41,992 nt of DNA from contig QEXZ01000002.1 of the NCBI GenBank assembly GCA_003160755.1, forward strand, positions 1 through 41,992, read 5' to 3'. The translations under genes were made by a program, and so were the position numbers. A model generated the notes under the pieces. It saw only the letters and a program-made list of their open reading frames with translations. It searched no databases and was not told where the DNA came from. This document shows, one piece after another, positions 9,735 through 16,716 of this stretch. This stretch comes from Methanomicrobiales archaeon (GTDB lineage: Archaea; Halobacteriota; Syntropharchaeia; Alkanophagales; Methanospirareceae). The first letter of the stretch is position 1. Every line of letters begins with the position of its first letter.

Positions 9735-9939
9735 CGTGCCTCTTGCTCACGTCCTTTTTCCCACTTCTTGCCGACCTCTCTAAAAAAAATGTGTCCTTAG
9801 AAGAAACTTTCGCTCTCTGGCCTAAAGTGTCGATAATTACTTCTCTGATTCCCTGCTCTATGCTCTTACCCTCTTTTTTCAGCCATTCTTTCAAAAGAGT
9901 ATACTCTTCCTCCTCCAATTTGGTCTGAACAACTTTCAT
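9718..9939 (-). CDS. Ribbon-helix-helix antitoxin (VapB-like)
   Basis: ATG at 9939 within the 9718..10443 ORF: MKVVQTKLEEEEY...IREVI...DVSKRHDEYLY; overlaps the vapC start. Confidence 0.8.
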   Translation of the reverse strand: MKVVQTKLEEEEYTLLKEWLKKEGKSIEQGIREVIIDTLGQRAKVSSKDTFFLERSARSGKKDVSKRHDEYLY

Positions 9940-10006
9940 GATTCTTACTAATACAAAATACAATTCTAAATTATATAAAATTATATTTAAAAAAGAGGCA
10001 TCCAAA

Positions 10007-10792
10007 ATGAAAAAGAAAATAGTAGCCTTTCGACCTGAGAACGTGCTTAAACGGTCAAAAGAAAAAGCGGATAGATACGGTTTTGATTTCTTCGGCTTTA
10101 CCCTGTTTGAACTGGTAGATAGAAAAGAGGCATTGAAGGAGGTAGAGGACGTTTTTAATGAGCGCGTGGACATAGTCGTCTTCACAAGTCTAAACGGCGT
10201 AAAGAAATCGTTCGGCATCTGCGAAGGTGAATTTGACTTGAAAGCGAAGCTTTTGGACGCGGCTATCGAAATATGCGCTATTGGTCCGGTTACGGGTTCG
10301 GAACTCGAGAAACATGGTGTGCGGGTTGACTTTATGCCGGAACAATACAGCGCAAAAGGGCTTATGGAGCTAATGGATAAGAGAGGAGATGCAGAAAATA
10401 AAAAAATCGTTTTCCTGAGGAGTGCCGAAGGTGGTCGGGACATTCTGGACTTCTTACGTCAAAAAGGTGCTTTCGTGAAGGACATCCAGATATATAAAGT
10501 AGAGATAAAGGATACCGAAGAAGAGAAAGAGCTGTTTTCGGAGTTCGTAGCCTATGACCCTGATTATATTATATTCACGAGTTCTTTAACGTTTAAAACG
10601 TTTTTGGGGCTTGCCAAAGAATTTGGAATGAAAGAAAATATCTTTGAGGTTTTAGAACACGCTAAAATCGCCGCTATTGGTGATTTGACTGCTGAAACCA
10701 TTTGCGAAGCAGGCATGAAAGTGGATCTGGTTGCGGGGAAAAGCACTTTTGAAGACGTTCTGAAAGAGATAAAGAGTAAAACTTTTTCCTAA
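10007..10792 (+). CDS. hemD: Uroporphyrinogen-III synthase
   Basis: FRP, VVFTSLNGV, AIGPVT, PEQYSAKGL, IIFTSS, AAIGDLTA; GAGG upstream of ATG 10007. Confidence 0.9.
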   Translation: MKKKIVAFRPENVLKRSKEKADRYGFDFFGFTLFELVDRKEALKEVEDVFNERVDIVVFTSLNGVKKSFGICEGEFDLKAKLLDAAIEICAIGPVTGSELEKHGVRVDFMPEQYSAKGLMELMDKRGDAENKKIVFLRSAEGGRDILDFLRQKGAFVKDIQIYKVEIKDTEEEKELFSEFVAYDPDYIIFTSSLTFKTFLGLAKEFGMKENIFEVLEHAKIAAIGDLTAETICEAGMKVDLVAGKSTFEDVLKEIKSKTFS

Positions 10793-10817
10793 AAAGTTTT
10801 ATTTTTTGCGGGATTGC

Positions 10818-11210
10818 CTATTCCTTCCTTTTTACCATTACGCATACATCATGCACTACTTTTATGTTATTTTGCATGCAAAAATTTATTGCGTGCTCGG
10901 ATTTTGAACCGGGCTGCACCCATACCCTCTCTATTCCTAACTCTTTGCATTCCTCAACTGTCTTTTCCATTACGCTTGGTGGGACTACGGTATCAACGAC
11001 ATCAGGTTTTTCAGGCAGTTCGCTTAACGAATGATAGCATCGGTCACCTAAGACTTCGTCAATATTCGGATTCACGGCGTAAACTACATAACCTGCTTCT
11101 TTCAGGTCTTTATATACCTGATGCCCGTACTTCGCAGGGTTTCTCGAAACGCCGACGACTGCAAAAATGTTCTCTTTCTGCAGAAAGTCATTTAGCGGGT
11201 TGATGTTCAT
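10818..11210 (-). CDS. CoA-binding protein (YccU-like)
   Basis: AVVGVSRNPAKYG, VYAVNP, CYHSLSELPEKPD, VWVQPG; start at MNINP (11210). Confidence 0.9.
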   Translation of the reverse strand: MNINPLNDFLQKENIFAVVGVSRNPAKYGHQVYKDLKEAGYVVYAVNPNIDEVLGDRCYHSLSELPEKPDVVDTVVPPSVMEKTVEECKELGIERVWVQPGSKSEHAINFCMQNNIKVVHDVCVMVKRKE

Positions 11211-11264
11211 TTTATACGCTTTATTATTGTCTTTCTTCAGTAAAAGTTTAATGCCCCAGAGGCC

Positions 11265-11432
11265 AATTACGTATAACATGTTGCGTTGAACGAAGCTTTT
11301 TCCGAAGGAAAAAATTTGGGTGGAGAAAACTGTAAGGTTTCGAAAACGCGTAAGCCCAGTTAAATTCTCCAACTGAAGTGAGGACGAGGTTAGTGCAACG
11401 TCCCGAAGGGAAACCGAAGAGTTTTTTGTCAC
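11265..11432. repeat. Left flank of the TIR gene: attC-like hairpin-rich element
   Basis: Starts cgtataac (GTTATAC on the minus strand). Shares gaag-TTTTT[CC/GC]nnn[GG/GC]AAAAA-tttgggtg with 12688-12744. A further stem ggagaa-aactg/cagtt-ttctcc is present. Confidence 0.4.
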
Positions 11433-11554
11433 AGGAAAGCGGATTGGCACCGTATCTTTTGCTTGCTTTATTAATATGACAAATCTGCGAAGCGGACTAA
11501 AAATTTAAGGGGCGTATTTAGTAAATTTTATATTATCCTAAAAATATCTTTTTT

Positions 11555-12505
11555 ATGTGGGTGTATCATATGAGCAACACTATGCATTTAAGAAGGTTTA
11601 TAGAAAACAACCCTTATAATGACAAGGCCAAAAAAAGACTTATTGAAATTGGGTCTATCGAAGACCTAGAATGGTTGCACAACCGATATCCTTTCAATGA
11701 AAAGATAAAGGAAGGTCTCATACAGAAAAGTAACGCTCATGCATTAAGAAGGTTTATTAAAAACAACCCTTATAACGGCAAGGCCAAAAAAAGACTTATT
11801 GAAATTGGGTCTATCGAAGACCTAGAATGGTTGCACAACCGATATCCTTTCAATGAAGAGATAAAGGAAGGTCTCATACAGAAAAGTAACGCTCATGCAT
11901 TAAGAAGGTTTATAGAAAACAACCCTTATAACGGCAAGGCCAAAAAAAGACTTATTGAAATTGGGTCTATAGAAGACCTAGAATGGTTGCACAACCGATA
12001 TCCTTTCAATGAAAAGATAAAGGATGCTATAATTTCATATGAGCCAAATAAAAAAGTGATACCGCTAAAAATACAAAATAAGTCTTTAAGTAAAAATTTC
12101 GATGTTTTTATTTGCCATGCAAGCGAAGACAAAGAGTCTTTTGTTAAACCATTAGCGAAGGCTCTTAAAGAGGCGGGGGTTAAAGTGTGGTATGATGACT
12201 TTGTATTAGAGTGGGGAGATAGCTTAAGAGGTTCAATCGACAAAGGATTGGTAAATTCTAGATATGGTATCGTAATATTTTCTAAGGCTTTTTTAAACAA
12301 GAAAAAGACATGGACAAAGCATGAACTGGATGGATTGTTCGCTGAAGAGATTAAAGGTAAAAGGGTTATTTTGCCAATATGGCACGATATATCACGAGAT
12401 GATCTGTTAGAGTATAGTCCTTCATTTGCAGATAGACTAGCAAAAACATCTGATTCAATCGATGACATAGTTAACGACGTTAAGAATCTTCTTGGAAAAG
12501 AATAG
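11555..12505 (+). CDS. TIR-domain protein (TIR_2, TcpB/TirS-like NADase) with N-terminal 52-aa tandem repeats
   Basis: C-terminal FDVFICHASEDK, VWYDDF, GDSLRGSIDKGL, WTKHEL (catalytic Glu), ILPIWH; ~2.8 near-identical N-terminal repeats. Confidence 0.9.
   Translation: MWVYHMSNTMHLRRFIENNPYNDKAKKRLIEIGSIEDLEWLHNRYPFNEKIKEGLIQKSNAHALRRFIKNNPYNGKAKKRLIEIGSIEDLEWLHNRYPFNEEIKEGLIQKSNAHALRRFIENNPYNGKAKKRLIEIGSIEDLEWLHNRYPFNEKIKDAIISYEPNKKVIPLKIQNKSLSKNFDVFICHASEDKESFVKPLAKALKEAGVKVWYDDFVLEWGDSLRGSIDKGLVNSRYGIVIFSKAFLNKKKTWTKHELDGLFAEEIKGKRVILPIWHDISRDDLLEYSPSFADRLAKTSDSIDDIVNDVKNLLGKE
11582..12024 (+). repeat. 156-bp intragenic tandem repeat, ~2.8 copies
   Basis: taagaaggttta begins at 11589, 11745 and 11901; only a few substitutions between units. 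Confidence 0.95.
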
Positions 12506-12687
12506 TTTATCTTTATAGAAAAAAATAAAGTTTTTCAACAAATATCCCCCCATAATAATTGCCCCACTCCGTTTTTAAGCAAGCAAAAATGTGTCCGAGT
12601 GTTAGCGCAAACTCCTGATTTCTAAACAAAGGCGCCAATTAAAAGGAAGTGGTAGTAGCGTTAGCGCGAGCGGTTTTAGGTGACAAA

Positions 12688-12782
12688 AATTGGATTTAAT
12701 GTCCCCGGCATAAAAGAAGTTTTTGCGGAGCAAAAATTTGGGTGAGCGAGAGCGGACCTTTTATGCTGTGTTGTCCGAAGTT
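12688..12782 (-). repeat. Right flank of the TIR gene: attC-like imperfect palindrome
   Basis: Minus strand reads ggacAAC acaGCATAAAAG ... CTTTTATGC cggggac ATTaaat. Arms at 12708-12716 and 12758-12766 enclose an inner hairpin tttttgc-gga-gcaaaaa. Confidence 0.45.
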
Positions 12783-12883
12783 GCATCCTATTCCCCCATT
12801 GCCAATTCTCTTAAGATTTCCCTATATTCTATTTTCTCACCTAAATTTGTTTTTGTGTTTTTGTTTATTAAAAACATCCCCAG

Positions 12884-14014
12884 TTATTTCACAACCCCCC
12901 CTTCATATATCACCGCCGCTATATCGTTTCGTGTCGCTCTTCTCACCACACCTCTTATTGAGTTCCTCACGTTTCTCATATTTGGTGTATCGTTTCTAAT
13001 CACCACTAAATTCGCCGTTTTTCCTTCCTCTATCGAACCCACGAATTTGTCTTCTTTCAGCACCTTTGCGGAATCAAGCGTGCACATCTTCAGCACTTTC
13101 CGTTCATCAAGCTTACGAAAAATCTTGGAAATGAATTCCATTTCAGAGAACATGTCAGGTGAGTTGAGCATTACGTTATCCGTGCCAACACCCACCGTTA
13201 ATCCTGATTCGAGCATCTGACGTAAAGGCGGCAGCCCCATCCCGGTCACCAGGTTAGAGCGAATGCAAACGACAGCCGCTATGTTTTTGTCCTGCATCTT
13301 CTCGAAATCTTGCTGCGATGCTTTTGTAAGGTGTACGATGAAATCAGGTTCAAGCTCTATCGCACCTTTTACATCTTCTGCATTTCGTTCACCCGCGTGA
13401 AGTGCGAACATTTTCCCCCTTGTTTTTGTCTCCGCCGCTAAACGTCTCATGTCTTCCCACGGGTAGTCCGCTACACTGCTCATGCCTATTCCGTCCGCCG
13501 ATTCAAAAATTCGTAATTCGTAATTCGTAATTCGTAATTCGTCCGTTTCCGTTCCCGCTTCTGGTCTGCCAAATATTTTCATATCCAATTTCTCTCGACA
13601 TTCCGCCGAATCGAAAGCTTCTTTTAGTGCTTTAATACCCAAAACACCGCCTTCTCGGAAATCTGCAAACAGTCCTGTTCCCGTAGCAAAAATGTCCTCA
13701 ATGCTGTCCTTCATCGAAGAAACAAGCTCGTTATGTGATGTTTCAGCTAATATTTTGTGTTTATAGCCCCCAGGACCCACTAACCGGTCCAGCGGCATAA
13801 AATCGGGCTCTTTTGCTGCTGAATCGCCGATGTGCGTATGTGCATTGACGAAAGAGGGAATTACAATACCCGTCACATCCGCTTCTATCTCCCCCCCTTC
13901 GCCAATTTCTTTTATTTTGCCTCCTTCGATTACCACATACCCCGTCCTATCCTCAAAGTCATCGCCATATACAATTGTTCCTGAAACGATTAGCTGGCTC
14001 TTTTGTTTCGCCAT
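12884..14014 (-). CDS. Amidohydrolase superfamily metal-dependent hydrolase/deaminase
   Basis: PSFVNAHTHIGD, DFREGG, ALHAGE, VHLT, CIRSN, GTDN, GSIEEGKTANL. Confidence 0.88.
   Translation of the reverse strand: MAKQKSQLIVSGTIVYGDDFEDRTGYVVIEGGKIKEIGEGGEIEADVTGIVIPSFVNAHTHIGDSAAKEPDFMPLDRLVGPGGYKHKILAETSHNELVSSMKDSIEDIFATGTGLFADFREGGVLGIKALKEAFDSAECREKLDMKIFGRPEAGTETDELRITNYELRIFESADGIGMSSVADYPWEDMRRLAAETKTRGKMFALHAGERNAEDVKGAIELEPDFIVHLTKASQQDFEKMQDKNIAAVVCIRSNLVTGMGLPPLRQMLESGLTVGVGTDNVMLNSPDMFSEMEFISKIFRKLDERKVLKMCTLDSAKVLKEDKFVGSIEEGKTANLVVIRNDTPNMRNVRNSIRGVVRRATRNDIAAVIYEGGVVK
13508..13542. repeat. Heptamer microsatellite (AATTCGT)x5 inside the amidohydrolase CDS
   Basis: aattcgt x5; translated as ELRITNYELRI. 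Confidence 0.95.
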
Positions 14015-14018
14015 TCAC

Positions 14019-14663
14019 TCATCCAATAAGAATAAGCTCCTTCGCTTTCATGACGGCATCAACGGCGTCTTTACCATAGGCATCGGCACCGATTTCGTCT
14101 GCATAATCTTCGCTTACCGCACCACCACCAACCATTATCTTTACCTCCAGACCTTCTTCCCTGAAATACTGTATGACCTCTGCCATGTATTCACGTGTCG
14201 TCGTGAGTAATGCGGACATTGCAACAATGTCGGCTTCCGTTTCCGCGACTGCTTCTGCATATTTGCTCTTTTCAACCTCGGTTCCCAGGTCAATGACCTC
14301 AAAACCCTCAGCAGATAGCATTATACTGACTATCTCTTTGCCTATATCGTGCACGTCCCCTTTGACAGTCCCAATAACGATTTTTCCTATCTTGTCCCGC
14401 TGCTCTTTTACGCCCTCTTTTAGCTCCTCTTGCAACAGCGGCTGCTTGAGTAGCTGCAGTAGCTTCTTTGCATTCCAGCCCGAAACCATCAGCTCGGCGT
14501 CGAAATATATCTCCTTGTATCCCCGCCCTATTTCCTTCAGGCCTTCGGTCATTTCTTCTGTGATTTCATACGCTTTCCTTCCTGCGTTCAGCCGCTCCTC
14601 ACAGAATGCTTCTATTTTCTGCTTCTTTACATCAAGCAACGAGTCAAGTATTGAATATTCCAT
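14019..14663 (-). CDS. Methyltransferase cognate corrinoid protein (MtaC/MtbC-like)
   Basis: GTVKGDVHDIGK (DxHxxG), VIDLG, MSALLTTT, IMVGGGAV, IGADAYGKDA. Confidence 0.92.
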   Translation of the reverse strand: MEYSILDSLLDVKKQKIEAFCEERLNAGRKAYEITEEMTEGLKEIGRGYKEIYFDAELMVSGWNAKKLLQLLKQPLLQEELKEGVKEQRDKIGKIVIGTVKGDVHDIGKEIVSIMLSAEGFEVIDLGTEVEKSKYAEAVAETEADIVAMSALLTTTREYMAEVIQYFREEGLEVKIMVGGGAVSEDYADEIGADAYGKDAVDAVMKAKELILIG

Positions 14664-14707
14664 TGGTAGAATAAAAATCCAAAAACCCAAAAGAAAGGTT
14701 TGTTTAG

Positions 14708-14752
14708 ACTGGGGCTCTGCCCCAGTAACCCTGCAAGCCCAGCAGGGGCTTA
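14708..14752 (+). repeat. Double-hairpin repeat family B, copy 2
   Basis: ACTGGGG-ctctg-CCCCAGT aaccctgc AAGCCC-agcag-GGGCTT a; lies just downstream of the modifier gene. Confidence 0.85.
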
Positions 14753-14774
14753 TTTTGAGTTTAGTACTTAGTAT

Positions 14775-15047
14775 TTATTCTCCTGAAGTTGCATATATTT
14801 CATAGGGCATTATCCTCTTGTTCGCCTTCTTCTTCCCTCTTAACTTACTCACGAGGTCGGCGGCTTTCTCCTTCTTCTCCCGTTTCTTCAACCGTTCCAT
14901 CAGGTTCGTCATCTCTTTCTCCTTTCCCGCGCCGCCGTATTCCTTCTGTTCCGCTTTTAAGTACCCGTCGTCCTCATCTATTTCTTCTAGTTCCTCTTCT
15001 TCACCTTCCTCTTCCATTCCTTCAAAAACCAATGCGTTTTCGTCCAC
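14775..15047 (-). CDS. Putative Pup/UBact-like protein modifier
   Basis: 90 aa, low complexity; acidic N-terminus, LMERLKK helix, C-terminus ...YATSGE* ([ST]G[EQ]). GGGGGTTGA RBS-like sequence precedes the GTG. Directly downstream of the dop-like gene. Confidence 0.75.
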   Translation of the reverse strand: MDENALVFEGMEEEGEEEELEEIDEDDGYLKAEQKEYGGAGKEKEMTNLMERLKKREKKEKAADLVSKLRGKKKANKRIMPYEIYATSGE

Positions 15048-15129
15048 CTTAACTCAACCCCCTAACACTTTTTTGCTTCGTAAAACCCTTTACTAAACTA
15101 TCTTCTCTTTATAATAAAATCTTCCACTA

Positions 15130-16710
15130 CTAAAAGATTACCTTATCGGGATACAACTCCTTTGCAGCGGATAGAACATCCTCTATTTGCTTTCCCTCCA
15201 CCATTTTCGTCCCTATCTCTTCCTTATTCAGCATAAACGGCTCATCTAGCATTATTTTCGCCTCATCAAGCACCATCGTCGACCAGCTGACACTTCGCAC
15301 ATGCGAGCCATACCTTCTCAACATTTCAACCTTGAAAAAGTCCCGTGTCTGTTCGGGTGCATTACGCAATGCGTATTTCACCCTATCCGATAAAGCCCCC
15401 CAATCAACTTCTGGCAATGCTCGCTTTGCGAATGCCCGCGACTCCTTCGGATTGTAAAGGCAACTGCCTTTCAGGCTGTCTTCGTCATCCTGAATGTCGT
15501 ACAGCGCACTTTCGTCCACCAGTGCGTATTGGTTACAGACGCTTATTCCTTCAGCAGCATTTTTTGGCTCATAATTCACAAGCAATGCCAATTTCGTCAC
15601 CCAATCAATCCCATCCACGTATTTTTCGAGCTGTCGCGCTTCTAAGTCCTCTATCACTCCTTTTAAGCCTTTTCTCCCTATTTCAGCCCATTTTTGGTCT
15701 TCTTTTTCCTCCCCCATCTCTTCATACATCGCCTCTATCCGTTCGTGATAAAACCGGAGAATGGAAACGGCATCCGTGGACTCGCCGCTCTTCAACTTTA
15801 ACTTCCACTCGCATTCTTGTGTATCTGCTGATATCTTTTTGAACGTTCTCACAGGGTCTTCTATCTCTGGAGCATCGTTCAGAAACCCCAATTCAAATGC
15901 ACTGATTACCATCGCCTGTGCAATGTCACGTAAGAAAATCGCGTATTCCGAACGAAGCGCTTCGTAATGTATGTCGTGCAGTCGCCAGTATTGACGTGCA
16001 GCATGCGGCTGGTCTCGCGTGTTCAGAATACCTCTGCCCGCTGTGGTCGAAAGAGAGGAGGGATGAACAACAAACATCGCTCTTGGCGAAATAACAAACT
16101 TCACTCCTTCTTTACCTATGGTATCTCCGGAAACAACGTCTCCTGCCCCGGTGAACAGTATTCTTGTAACCATCCAGGGTATTAGCGCCTTCTCTACACG
16201 ACTCCAATCCCTGCATACTGCCCTTTTTGTTAGTATATTCCCATGTGTAGCGTACGTATTGGTCTTTACTCTTTTCGCACCTGCACTGCCAGCACCAGCA
16301 CCAGCGACCGCACCAGAGCGACTGAAGAAATTCGCAACATTATTCTTATGGACGACAACTTTTTTCTTTAACGCCAGACTCGCCTCTTTTGACCCCATAA
16401 AAGCATATATCTCGGATGCTTTGTCGTATGCCACGGCATCAAAAGGGTTGTTGTAAGAAGGTGTTGATATTTCAAGATGCCCCATATCGTTATAAATCCG
16501 GCAGCCGTTTTCACCAAACGAAGAAGCTATTTTCGATTCATGCGCCTCTTGCGATACCTCGGTAGCGGTGTCCCAGTTCACATCGCGTGAAAATTTTCTT
16601 CGTTTTAAACCTTGAATCGCAGCGTTAACGAGCAAAGACGGGTTTAAACTTACTTTTATACTCAACGGATATTCCTGCTCTATCCCTCTTATCCTATTTT
16701 CCGTTTTCAT
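15130..16710 (-). CDS. dop: PafA/Dop family enzyme, Dop-like (putative depupylase/deamidase)
   Basis: RIRGIEQEY (GhExE), WD Dop-loop-like segment, NGCRIYNDMGHLEISTP, HKNN, TTAGRGILNTRDQPHA, RLH, DWVTKL. Confidence 0.75.
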   Translation of the reverse strand: MKTENRIRGIEQEYPLSIKVSLNPSLLVNAAIQGLKRRKFSRDVNWDTATEVSQEAHESKIASSFGENGCRIYNDMGHLEISTPSYNNPFDAVAYDKASEIYAFMGSKEASLALKKKVVVHKNNVANFFSRSGAVAGAGAGSAGAKRVKTNTYATHGNILTKRAVCRDWSRVEKALIPWMVTRILFTGAGDVVSGDTIGKEGVKFVISPRAMFVVHPSSLSTTAGRGILNTRDQPHAARQYWRLHDIHYEALRSEYAIFLRDIAQAMVISAFELGFLNDAPEIEDPVRTFKKISADTQECEWKLKLKSGESTDAVSILRFYHERIEAMYEEMGEEKEDQKWAEIGRKGLKGVIEDLEARQLEKYVDGIDWVTKLALLVNYEPKNAAEGISVCNQYALVDESALYDIQDDEDSLKGSCLYNPKESRAFAKRALPEVDWGALSDRVKYALRNAPEQTRDFFKVEMLRRYGSHVRSVSWSTMVLDEAKIMLDEPFMLNKEEIGTKMVEGKQIEDVLSAAKELYPDKVIF

Positions 16711-16716
16711 TAACCA

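Noticed and set aside
9940..10443. Long 241-aa ORF 9718..10443
   Set aside because: The upstream part is the antisense shadow of hemD; only 9718..9939 looks like a real antitoxin.
11372..11416. Hammerhead-ribozyme-like string CTGAAGTGAG-GACG...CGTC-CCGAAG
   Set aside because: The core does not fit CUGANGA...GAAA (2-nt insertion; CGAAG instead of GAAA), and I could not place stems I/III with a cleavage triplet.
11211..11450. 80-aa N-terminal extension of the CoA-binding protein
   Set aside because: It runs through hairpin-rich non-coding DNA; family similarity starts at MNINP.
11582..12024. Possible CRISPR array
   Set aside because: The units are 156-bp contiguous in-frame coding repeats with no unique spacers; no cas genes are present.
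14019..14663. Pyrrolysine or methylamine methyltransferase locus
   Set aside because: Only the corrinoid protein is present; I saw no amber-interrupted methyltransferase or pyl genes.
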